Assembly: GCA_963823945.1 (NCBI GenBank)
Contig: CAWGNK010000003.1
Span: 5,732-69,731 of the forward strand
Direction of reading: 5' to 3'
Length of the DNA stretch: 64,000 bases
From: an uncultured Acidimicrobiaceae bacterium
GTDB taxonomy: Bacteria > Actinomycetota > Acidimicrobiia > Acidimicrobiales > Bog-793
Part shown: piece by piece, positions 17,666-26,141 of the stretch
How the letters are laid out: every line of letters starts with the position of its first letter
How positions within the stretch are numbered: the stretch's first letter is position 1
The notes under the pieces: model-generated
Seen by the model: the letters and a program-made list of their open reading frames with translations, nothing else
What the model was told of the DNA's origin: nothing
The model's database searches: none
Translations under genes and position numbers: made by a program

Positions 17666-17710
17666 CTCACCGGAGCGACCGGTCTCTCGGCCGTCGCAGG
17701 CGACGATCGG

Positions 17711-18706
17711 TCAGAAGGCGTCGTCCGCCCGGGTCGCGAGTGAACGGTAGTGCTGTCGCCAGATCAGCCGATAGAGGCGGACCTTGCGCGGAATGGCGCG
17801 CACACCGGGCAGGAAGGGCACGAGCGCGAGGAGGACGGTGAGCACGACCATGATCGCCCAAACGAGCGCGTCGGCATTCGTCGAGGTGGTGAACGGCGGG
17901 ACCTGATACCAGAGCGTGTACAACCAGAGCCACGATTGACCGGGGAAGTTCCCGGTCTCGTTCATCATCCCCCACTGGGATCCCTGGAGATGCTGCACGG
18001 CGGCGAGGTTCGCCATGTACGTGCCGTCGGCGATGAACAGCAAAGGCTTCGTGTAGTCGGTCCCGTAGAACTGCTTCGAGCTCACGAGCGCGCCGTCGAG
18101 GGCACCACTGCGGGCCATCATCGTCAGCGCACCGATCATCTCGGCGACCGGCCCGTAGCTCCCGGGTCGGATGATCAGCCTCCCGCCGGCGAACCGGGCG
18201 TGCCCGAGCGCGGCGCCGTAGGCATTCGTCCATCCCTGTTCGGTCCTGACCGAAGCACCCGTGTACTGCCTGATCGCCGCGGAAAGGGCCGGGTCGGAGG
18301 GAAGGGTCTTCAGCGGCGCAATGACGTCGTCGAGCGCCGTGTTGATCGGGTGGTGAACACCCATGATGCTCTCGAGCGACAACGGGCCGATCGATTGGCT
18401 CGCTCCCGGGGTGCTGTTGTAGGGGGGCCCGTACGTGGCGGTCGGACTCGTGCCGGCGAGCTCGGTGACGGCGGTGCGCGCGAAGTCGAGCGGCGCGTGT
18501 TGCGACCAGCTCTTGATCGTGACCGGAGGCACGTCGGGCGAGGACAGGACGATCGCCAGCCCGAGGGTGAGGAGCAGCACGACGAGGAACGCGGCGGTGA
18601 ACTCCTTGACGATGTCGTAGGGCACGTACCGGCCGTGCCACTCCTCGACGTCGCGATCGGGCCGGAACCGCCTGGTCCGCCCGGGACGGGTTGGGGGCAC
18701 GCTCAT
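17711..18706 (-). CDS. membrane protein of unknown function, downstream partner of cytochrome b (possible divergent subunit-IV-like part)
   Basis: 331-aa ORF whose start overlaps the cytochrome b stop by 4 nt. One N-terminal TM (FTAAFLVVLLLTLGLAIVL), about 220 aa predicted outside, and C-terminal TMs (SWLWLYTLWYQVPPF, ALVWAIMVVLTVLLALVPFLPG). Confidence 0.75.
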   Translation of the reverse strand: MSVPPTRPGRTRRFRPDRDVEEWHGRYVPYDIVKEFTAAFLVVLLLTLGLAIVLSSPDVPPVTIKSWSQHAPLDFARTAVTELAGTSPTATYGPPYNSTPGASQSIGPLSLESIMGVHHPINTALDDVIAPLKTLPSDPALSAAIRQYTGASVRTEQGWTNAYGAALGHARFAGGRLIIRPGSYGPVAEMIGALTMMARSGALDGALVSSKQFYGTDYTKPLLFIADGTYMANLAAVQHLQGSQWGMMNETGNFPGQSWLWLYTLWYQVPPFTTSTNADALVWAIMVVLTVLLALVPFLPGVRAIPRKVRLYRLIWRQHYRSLATRADDAF

Positions 18707-19410
18707 GGCGCCACCGTCCGGTCGACTCCCAGATCGCCCACCGGGACGACGAGGTCATCCGGGTCCGGTGCGAACGGTGGCACGACTCCGCGCCGACGCA
18801 CGAGGAGGACGTGGACGACGACGAGGAATCCCACGACGAGCGGCAGCAAGAGGATGTGCCACATCAGCATCTGGCCGAAATTGAGAACGTTGAAGTACGC
18901 CCCCGCCCCGGTCGCGTTGATCCCGTCCTTGGCCTGGGTCCCGATCCACTGGGCATCGAAGTTCTGCTGCGACAGATAGCCGGTGAACGCCGCGGCGATC
19001 GAGACGACGAAGGCGAGAACGCCCGTTACCCAGGTCGCGCGGCGGCGCCCCCGCCACGCGGCCATGAAGAACTTCCCCCACAGATGGATGACCATGAAGA
19101 AGAAGAAGAGCTCGACGCTCCACAGGTGCATCGAATTGACGAAGAGGCCAACGCGGGACAGGTGCCACCACGTCGGGCCCTCGATCGCGAGCACCATGCC
19201 GCTGAGGACGACGATCGCCAAGGCCGCGAGCGTGAGGGCGCCGAAGACGTAGATCCACGACGCGACGTAGGCGGGCTGGCGGTCAGGAAGCAGGCGGCCG
19301 GGCGGGAACGCGGAGACGGCCGTGCGCCGCAGCTTCGCGCTCCACTGATTGGCGTCCTCGGGCAGGTCGGCCTGGAGCCCGACGCCCGACTCGTCGGGAT
19401 CGGGCGTCAT
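18703..19410 (-). CDS. cytochrome b N-terminal-domain protein (four-helix, di-haem type)
   Basis: 235 aa. Contains WIYVFGALTLAALAIVVLSGMVLA, HLWSVELFFFFMVIHLWGKFF and MWHILLLPLVVGFLVVVHVLL. The paired His residues on helices B and D are typical of cytochrome b/b6. Confidence 0.8.
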   Translation of the reverse strand: MTPDPDESGVGLQADLPEDANQWSAKLRRTAVSAFPPGRLLPDRQPAYVASWIYVFGALTLAALAIVVLSGMVLAIEGPTWWHLSRVGLFVNSMHLWSVELFFFFMVIHLWGKFFMAAWRGRRRATWVTGVLAFVVSIAAAFTGYLSQQNFDAQWIGTQAKDGINATGAGAYFNVLNFGQMLMWHILLLPLVVGFLVVVHVLLVRRRGVVPPFAPDPDDLVVPVGDLGVDRTVAP

Positions 19411-19598
19411 CTGGCTCCCCCGCTGCGCCGGGGGAACGGCACGAGGACAGCCGCCACGAACACGACGACGATCAAGGCGATGACCACCAGGTTCGCCCAG
19501 GAGATCTGGATGAAGCCCCAGTGCACGTAGCGACCGGGGCCGTTGAGACTGATGATCGCCTGGGCCAACCGCCCCACGACTTCCTGATGGACCGTCAT
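19407..19598 (-). CDS. small membrane protein (63 aa), first gene of the cytochrome b operon
   Basis: ORF track. One TM (WANLVVIALIVVVFVAAVLVPF). A G-rich SD (GGGGGGTGAGG) lies about 6 nt upstream of the ATG. 4-nt overlap with the next gene. Confidence 0.6.
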   Translation of the reverse strand: MTVHQEVVGRLAQAIISLNGPGRYVHWGFIQISWANLVVIALIVVVFVAAVLVPFPRRSGGAR

Positions 19599-20247
19599 GA
19601 TCGCCTCACCCCCCCGGCGACGTTAGCGACCGGTTGATCATCGCGTAACAGCCCTCTCCCATTCCTGCGCGCCCGCTCAGCGGGTGCGCCGACGAGGCCC
19701 CGATCCTCCCCGCGGCGGGCCGGCCGCCGCCCCCGGGAAACGGCCGGGGAGCAAAACTGGGTCCCGGTTCGGCCGGCAATCGACGCCGCCTGTGGACAGC
19801 ACTGTTCATTGTCTGGGGATCGTGTGGGGACGACATGGGTATGGCCTAACAACTCTGTCGACAAACCGTGGATCTCGCGTAACCCCCTTGACGTTTGGCG
19901 GTGACGGGAGCACTATGCACTCACCAAGGACGAGATGTCCCATACGGACGGAACGGAAGTTCCACTCGCAAGAGGGGGGGCGGAAGTTCCGAAAACGGGG
20001 GGCACCGGATCCTCGGTGGGTAGACAGGAAGCAGCGCAAGGACTCCCTCCGGGGAGGCACCGGTACTGCGGGGCCGTCGAGAGGCGGCCTGCCGGTCGAG
20101 GCCGCAAGGCATTCGGCAAGGCGCCCGTCACCACGGGCATTGGTCCCGGGGAGTTCCGACGGCTTCGGCCGGAAGGCTACCCGGGACCGTGCCGCGTCTG
20201 GACCTCGGCCATCCCGCCACCTGGGCTCTCACTAGGGTGATGCCCCA

Positions 20248-21492
20248 ATGGCGGTCGAGGAGAGATCGGAGCGGTACCTTCGCATCCTTCTCCTCCTGCT
20301 TGTCCCTGCCGCGTTCTTCAACGGCTACGACGGCTACCTCCGTGGGCTGCTGGCCTCGCAACTCCAGCACGCCTTCCACGTCAGCACCGGAACACTCGGG
20401 CTCGCCAACATCCCGATCACGGCGGGGTCGTTCGTCGCCTTCTTCGCCATCCGGCTCGCCGACCGCGTCGGGCGCCGGCCGCTCCTGCTCGTCGGGCTGC
20501 TCGGGTACGGAATCTTCACGGGGCTCACCGCCACGAGCTGGAGCGTCTGGTCGTTCGTCCTGTTCCAGTCCCTGGCGGGGGTCTTCGCCGGCACCGAGTT
20601 CGCACTCGCCGCGATCGTCGTGCTCGAGGAGTTCCCCGTTGAGACCAGAGGTCGCGCGCTCAGCAAGCTTCTCCTCGCCGTGCCACTGGGCACCGGGGCG
20701 GCGGTGGCGCTCCTCGGCGTCGGTCTCCTCCACACGCAGCTCGGTTGGCGGTCGTTCTACCTCGTCGGGGTGATCCCGGCACTCGCCATTGGCATCGCGC
20801 GGCGGTACGTGCGTGAAACCGTGGCGTTCACCGAGGCGAAAGGCAGCCGTGCCAAGAGAGAGCGGATGACCGCCGCCCTCGTCGCCCCCTGGCGCCGGCG
20901 CGTGCTCGGGCTGGGCATGGTCAACCTCCTCGAGAAGATCCCCGTCACCGCGGGCGCCGGTTGGTGGGCCTACTACGCCGAGCGCGAGCACCACTTCTCG
21001 ACCACGCTCGTCTCGGTCGATCTCGGGATCGCGGTCGCGCTCGGGACCGTCGGCTACTACGTCTGCGGCCGCCTCATCGACCGATTCGACCGCAAGCCGG
21101 TCGCGACGATCTACTTCCTGGTGGCGTGCGTGAGCGGGGTGGCGCTGTTCCACTCGAGTTCCGAGGCGGGGAACCTCGTCTTCCTCGTCATCGCCGTGTT
21201 CTTCGGCCTCGGCGTCGGGCCGGTCCTGTCAGCCATGTCCGCCGAGTGCTTCCCGACCCGCATCCGGGCCCAGGCGTCGGCAATCGTCGGCAGCGTCTTC
21301 GCCGCCACGGGGCAGGCGACCGGCGTCGCGATCGTCGGGGTCCTCGGCGAGCGCGGAGGGCTGATCGGCAACATCGGCGACACCGTCAGCGTCGTCGCGG
21401 TCCTCTTGCTCGCGGCAGTTCCGGTGCTCTGGTGGTTCGTCCCCGAGACGAAGGGCACAAGACTCGACGCCGTGCCCGACGTGACCGGGTGA
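20248..21492 (+). CDS. MFS transporter
   Basis: 414 aa with 12 predicted hydrophobic segments. MFS signature-like LADRVGRRPLLL between TM2 and TM3. Confidence 0.85.
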   Translation: MAVEERSERYLRILLLLLVPAAFFNGYDGYLRGLLASQLQHAFHVSTGTLGLANIPITAGSFVAFFAIRLADRVGRRPLLLVGLLGYGIFTGLTATSWSVWSFVLFQSLAGVFAGTEFALAAIVVLEEFPVETRGRALSKLLLAVPLGTGAAVALLGVGLLHTQLGWRSFYLVGVIPALAIGIARRYVRETVAFTEAKGSRAKRERMTAALVAPWRRRVLGLGMVNLLEKIPVTAGAGWWAYYAEREHHFSTTLVSVDLGIAVALGTVGYYVCGRLIDRFDRKPVATIYFLVACVSGVALFHSSSEAGNLVFLVIAVFFGLGVGPVLSAMSAECFPTRIRAQASAIVGSVFAATGQATGVAIVGVLGERGGLIGNIGDTVSVVAVLLLAAVPVLWWFVPETKGTRLDAVPDVTG

Positions 21493-21653
21493 CGCACGGC
21501 GGGCCCGGGCGGCCGGGCTCGCCGCGGACTGGCGCGCTTCCCCCGACCTGCCGCGGCCTGGCCGGCGGCGTTCTGATCTGCGGTCCGTACGGCCATACTG
21601 TTCCAAGACAAAAGCGGGGCCGCGGCCCCTCAACCGCCGAGCGGAGGCACGAA

Positions 21654-22472
21654 CTGAAGCCGATCCCGGTCGTATTCCACCTCGGCCCGCTGCAGGTCCA
21701 CACCTACGGCATCGGGCTCGCGCTCACGTTCTGGTTCGGCTACTGGTACCTCGCGAAACGGCTGCGCCACCACGGCTACCCCGACGCCTGGCTCGGGATC
21801 ACAGTCGCCTGGGTGGTCGTCGCGGCGATCGTCGGGGCGCGGGCGGCGCACGTCATCGCCAACCTCGGCTCCTACTCGCACGACCCGGCCGGGATCTTCG
21901 CGATCTGGCACGGCGGCCTCTCGTCGTTCGGAGGGCTGGCCCTCGGGATTCCGGTGGGCTTTGTCTCAGCACACCGCCGCTGTCCTCAACTCCGGCTCGG
22001 TACCGCGGCGGACCTCGTCGCCCCGGTTCTCGCCTGCGCCTGGGCGGTCGGCCGCCTACTCGGTCCACAGTTCGAGGTGGCGGGCGGCGGGAAGCCGACG
22101 TCGGCCTGGTACGGGATGTACTACGCCGGCGAGGTCGGCAAACGCCTCCCCGTACCGTTGTTCCAGGCGGCAGAATGCTTCGCGATCTTCGCCGTCGCGC
22201 TGTGGGTCGAACGCGCCGTGGCACGACGGCGGGGTCCCGTCGGCATGGTGACGGCGGTCGTCGTCGGGCTGTGGGGACTCAGCCGCTTCATCGACGAGTA
22301 CTTCTGGTTGACCCACGACAACGGTACCGACGCGGTCGAGATCGCCTCGCTCGCGCTCTTCGCCATCGGCGTCGCGGCGGCCCTGGCCCTCTGGCGGGCT
22401 GATCACCGGCGCCGATCGAACCCACTTGTCGCTACCGACAGCGAACCGGCAAGATCGGGGACACCAACATGA
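21654..22472 (+). CDS. lgt: prolipoprotein diacylglyceryl transferase
   Basis: C-terminal part of ORF 20961..22472. PVVFHLGPLQVHTYGIGLALTFWFGYWYL aligns with the Lgt N-terminus, and WHGGLSSFGGLALG is present. Start unresolved: no ATG/GTG/TTG lies near the conserved N-terminus. CTG 21654 sits 6 nt after GGAGG (21643-21647). The only canonical option is GTG 21489, which overlaps the MFS stop but crosses a low-GC3 stretch. Confidence 0.8.
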   Translation: MKPIPVVFHLGPLQVHTYGIGLALTFWFGYWYLAKRLRHHGYPDAWLGITVAWVVVAAIVGARAAHVIANLGSYSHDPAGIFAIWHGGLSSFGGLALGIPVGFVSAHRRCPQLRLGTAADLVAPVLACAWAVGRLLGPQFEVAGGGKPTSAWYGMYYAGEVGKRLPVPLFQAAECFAIFAVALWVERAVARRRGPVGMVTAVVVGLWGLSRFIDEYFWLTHDNGTDAVEIASLALFAIGVAAALALWRADHRRRSNPLVATDSEPARSGTPT

Positions 22473-23185
22473 CACGCCTCCAGCCCCGGCCCACACCTGG
22501 AGGGCGCGCCGCCGCCACGCGCCGCCGGGGACCGTGGTCCGTTCTTGCGATCACACTCGCCCTCATCGTCACGACCGCCGGACCGGTCGAGGCGTCGGGT
22601 GGCGGCGCGACGATCCCCCCGTACACCGCGACGGTTTCGGCGGTGACCCGGGCGACTGTCCCCTACTCGTGGCGGCCCGGTTGCCCGGTGGGGCCGAACC
22701 AGCTCCGGCTCATCCGCCTGCGCTACTACGGCTTCGATCACCGGAGCCACATCGGGAGGATCATCGTCAACGCCTCCGTCGTGAACGCCGTCATCGCCGT
22801 CTTCGGGCGCCTCTACGCGGCGCGTTTCCCGATCCGGCGCATGGTTCCCGTGGACGCCTACCACGGCCACGACCCGGCCTCGATGGCGGCGGACAACACG
22901 TCGGGCTTCAACTGCCGTCGGGCGGTGGCACCGGGCCCGCCCCAGTGGTCGGTCCACGCCTACGGCGAGGCGATCGACGTGAACCCGGTCGAGAACCCCT
23001 ACGTCGACGCCGGTGTCGTCATGCCCACCGCCGGGGCGCGGTACCTCGACAGAGCCGACGTCCGGCCCGGCATGGCTGTCCCGGGGGGGACGCTCGTCGA
23101 AGCCTTCGCCGCGGTCGGCTGGTATTGGGGCGGACGCTGGACGGGCTCGCCCGACTACCAACACTTCTCATCGACCGGTGGCTGA
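22469..23185 (+). CDS. secreted peptidase M15 family (VanY/LD-carboxypeptidase-like)
   Basis: 238 aa. The ATG overlaps the lgt stop (ATGA). Arg-rich signal peptide. Zinc-ligand motifs HAYGEAIDVNP and GWYWGGRW...DYQHF. Confidence 0.8.
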   Translation: MTRLQPRPTPGGRAAATRRRGPWSVLAITLALIVTTAGPVEASGGGATIPPYTATVSAVTRATVPYSWRPGCPVGPNQLRLIRLRYYGFDHRSHIGRIIVNASVVNAVIAVFGRLYAARFPIRRMVPVDAYHGHDPASMAADNTSGFNCRRAVAPGPPQWSVHAYGEAIDVNPVENPYVDAGVVMPTAGARYLDRADVRPGMAVPGGTLVEAFAAVGWYWGGRWTGSPDYQHFSSTGG

Positions 23186-23212
23186 GTCCACCGGGACCGC
23201 CGCGACACCACG

Positions 23213-23968
23213 GTGACGCCCGCCGCCGGAATCGGCCACGCGGCAGCGGTTCTCGCCCTCGTCGCGTTGGCGGCGCTCGCCGCCTCAACAGGGGCGGACC
23301 GCGCTGTCGGCGCCGCCGCCACCCGCCGGGCCGCGTCTCCGTGCGGCGCCAACCTCGCCGACGGCCTGCCCGGCACCACGCGCGCCTCGCAACTCGTCGT
23401 CGTCGAGGCGCCGTCGACCTCCTCGACGACGGCGACGGTGACGCTCTGGCACCGGCAGAGAGGGTGCTTCACCCAGGTCGGCGGCCCGTGGCCGGCACTG
23501 CTTGGCCGGCATGGTCTCTCGAGGCACCACCTCGAGGGGGACGGGACGACGCCGATCGGCACCTACGGGATCGGGCCCGAGATGTACGGCGTCGCGCCCG
23601 ATCCCGGGCTGGCATACCCCTACCACCGCCTCGTCTGCGGTGACTGGTGGGACGAGGACCCGACGACGCCGAGCTACAACCGCTTCGTCCACGTACCCTG
23701 CGGCGTCCGGCCGCCGTTCGGCGGCGACAGTGAGGCGCTCTGGACCGAGACGACCGCCTATCGCTACTTCGCCCTGATCGAGTACAACACCGCGCCGATC
23801 GTGCCCGGACGGGGCTCGGCGATCTTCCTCCACGTCTCGACGGGAGGACCGACGGTGGGTTGTGTCAGCCTTGCTGAGCCCGCGCTCGTCCACACGCTGC
23901 GCTGGCTGCGCCCGGCGGAACACCCCCTCGTCGTCATCGGTACGAAGACGACCCTGCGCGACGTCTGA
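23213..23968 (+). CDS. L,D-transpeptidase (YkuD) family protein
   Basis: 251 aa with a signal peptide. Catalytic motif GSAIFLHVSTGGPTVGCVSL (His ... Gly-Cys). Confidence 0.8.
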   Translation: MTPAAGIGHAAAVLALVALAALAASTGADRAVGAAATRRAASPCGANLADGLPGTTRASQLVVVEAPSTSSTTATVTLWHRQRGCFTQVGGPWPALLGRHGLSRHHLEGDGTTPIGTYGIGPEMYGVAPDPGLAYPYHRLVCGDWWDEDPTTPSYNRFVHVPCGVRPPFGGDSEALWTETTAYRYFALIEYNTAPIVPGRGSAIFLHVSTGGPTVGCVSLAEPALVHTLRWLRPAEHPLVVIGTKTTLRDV

Positions 23969-24230
23969 CCCTCCGCGCCGGGCCGGGACTCCGGACACGC
24001 CCCTCCAGCCACGCGGATTCGCCGAGCTCCCTGGGAGTCGGCCAGCCATCGATGTCGAGGGCGTCTCGTCTCGCCGACGCCGCAACCGGTCGCGGGGCGG
24101 GCCCGGGACCGTGTCACGGTGCCGGCGGACGGAAACTTGGGGCCACACCGTGGAGTCACGACTCTCACACCCTGCGGCGGTAGCCTGTCATCGTGCTGGT
24201 ACTTTCCACCGGCGGTATCGAGCGGTCCCC

Positions 24231-26129
24231 ATGAGGCTCCGACGGGGCGACCACTCGAAGGTCCGCCAGCGCTCCGCTCCGGAAGCGGTCGAAGCCGCCC
24301 ACCCGCGCAAGAACGAGGGTGAATCTGGCGCGCTGCCGTGGAGCGACCTCACCCAGCCCTTCTCGACGGCCGGACTGGAGGGGGACGGCCACCTCCAGGG
24401 CGACGGGCTCGGCGAGATCGTCCGCCTCGGCGTGCACGACGTCGCCGACAAGTCGCAGCTCAGGCTCGGGGACCTCCTCATCGGTCGCGGTCTCGTCACC
24501 GAGGCACAGGTCGCCGAGGCGCTCGGCAAGCAGCGCGAGAGCGGCGGTCGCCTCGGGCAGGTCCTCGTCGACATGGGCGTGCTCGGCGAACGGGGGCTCG
24601 TCGACGCGCTCGCCTGGAAGTTCGACATGCCCGAGTGCGACCTGCGCACCCAGATTCCCCAGAAGGACGCGCTCGAGCTCGTGCCCGAGGAGACCGCCCG
24701 GGCCCAACTCGTCCTGCCGGTCGCGCTCAGCGGCGACATCATCTTTATCGCCGTCGCCGAGCCGAGCGAAGACCTCCAGCAGATGCTCGAGGCGCTCACC
24801 CAGCGGGAAGTCCACCTCATGATCGTGCCGGTGAGCGACGTCCGCCAGGCGATCGACTCCAACTACGGCGCGCTCGGCGGTGTGACGAGCCTCGTCGAGG
24901 TCTTCCAGTCGATCGAGGGGGGGCGACGCCGGGGCCAGGAACAGCCGAAGGCCGAGGTCATCGCGGACGACGCCCCCGTCGTCCAGGTCGTCAACCGCAT
25001 CCTCACGCAGGCGCTGCGGGACCGCGCATCTGACGTCCACATCGAGCCCCAGGACAGCTCTGTGCGCGTGCGCTACCGCATCGACGGGGTCATGAAGGAA
25101 ATGCTCATGCTCCCCGCGTCGATGGGCCTCGGTCTCGTGAACCGCATCAAGATCATGGCGGAAATGAACATCGTCGAGAGGCGGCGTCCCCAGGACGGCC
25201 AGTTCACGACGACAGTCGACGACAGGTCGGTCGATGTGCGCGTGTCCACGCTCGCGACGATCTGGGGCGAGAAGTGCGTCATGCGGATCCTCGACAAGAC
25301 GCGGTCGGTTCTGCGCCTTGAGCACCTTGGGATGCCGACGGCTTTGAGCGACAGGTTCTCGGAGATCATTCGCGCCCCCTTCGGCATGGTCGTCTGCGCC
25401 GGGCCGACGGGGAGTGGCAAGACGACGACGCTCTACGCGACTCTGAACGAGCTGAACGACCCGACGCGCAACATCATGACGATCGAGGATCCCGTCGAGT
25501 ACGTGTTCGCCTCGATGAACCAGATCCAGACCAACGAGCAGGCGGGCCTGACCTTCGCGACGGGGCTCAAGTCGATCCTGCGCCAAGACCCGGACGTCAT
25601 CCTCGTCGGCGAGATCCGAGACGTCGAGACTGCCCGCATCGCGGTGCAGTCGGCGATGACGGGCCACTTCGTCCTCTCGTCACTCCACGCGACCGACACC
25701 GTCACGGCGCTGCTCCGCTTCTACGACATGGGCGTCGAGCCGTTCCTCATCGCGGCCTCGGTCGTCGCGGTGCTGAGCCAGCGGCTCGTGCGCCGGATCT
25801 GCCCGGCCTGCAAGACGCGCTGCACGCCGACCCCCGAGGAGCGTGCCTACTACGACGAGTCGGGCGGACCCGAGAAGTCCATCTTCTACCGCGGCGAGGG
25901 GTGCAACTTCTGTGCCCAGACAGGCTTCCAGGACCGCATCGGCGTCTACGAGCTCCTGGAGATCACCACCGCGATCAAGCGCCTGATCATCGAGGCCGGC
26001 ACGCACGACGAGCTCCGCCAAGCAGCGAGAGACCAGGGAATGAAGACCCTGCGACAGGTCGCCATCGAGCTCGTCGCAGAGGACGTCACGACGGTGTCAG
26101 AAGTCATCCGCAGCATCTACACGTTGTAG
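24231..26129 (+). CDS. pilB: type IV pilus assembly ATPase PilB (GspE family) with MshEN-type N-terminal domain
   Basis: ORF 23862..26129 trimmed past the upstream gene. ATG 24231; alternative GTG 24432, 10 codons before the RLGDLL motif. Walker A GPTGSGKTTT, Asp/His boxes, and the tetracysteine CPACK...CNFC. Confidence 0.9.
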   Translation: MRLRRGDHSKVRQRSAPEAVEAAHPRKNEGESGALPWSDLTQPFSTAGLEGDGHLQGDGLGEIVRLGVHDVADKSQLRLGDLLIGRGLVTEAQVAEALGKQRESGGRLGQVLVDMGVLGERGLVDALAWKFDMPECDLRTQIPQKDALELVPEETARAQLVLPVALSGDIIFIAVAEPSEDLQQMLEALTQREVHLMIVPVSDVRQAIDSNYGALGGVTSLVEVFQSIEGGRRRGQEQPKAEVIADDAPVVQVVNRILTQALRDRASDVHIEPQDSSVRVRYRIDGVMKEMLMLPASMGLGLVNRIKIMAEMNIVERRRPQDGQFTTTVDDRSVDVRVSTLATIWGEKCVMRILDKTRSVLRLEHLGMPTALSDRFSEIIRAPFGMVVCAGPTGSGKTTTLYATLNELNDPTRNIMTIEDPVEYVFASMNQIQTNEQAGLTFATGLKSILRQDPDVILVGEIRDVETARIAVQSAMTGHFVLSSLHATDTVTALLRFYDMGVEPFLIAASVVAVLSQRLVRRICPACKTRCTPTPEERAYYDESGGPEKSIFYRGEGCNFCAQTGFQDRIGVYELLEITTAIKRLIIEAGTHDELRQAARDQGMKTLRQVAIELVAEDVTTVSEVIRSIYTL

Positions 26130-26141
26130 CCGGGGTAGCTC

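Noticed and set aside
20225-20290. CTAGGGT...GGTCGAGGAGAG resembles the 5' half of a guanidine-I (ykkC) riboswitch; CACCACGGG and CCGCCACCTGGGC resemble pieces of ZTP and cobalamin elements upstream of the MFS gene
   Set aside because: The matches are short, out of order or overlap the start codon. The obligatory conserved cores (ACGR-GGGA...GCCCGGGAGA, GACTGGCG, GGTG..AATCC...GCCACTG) are absent.
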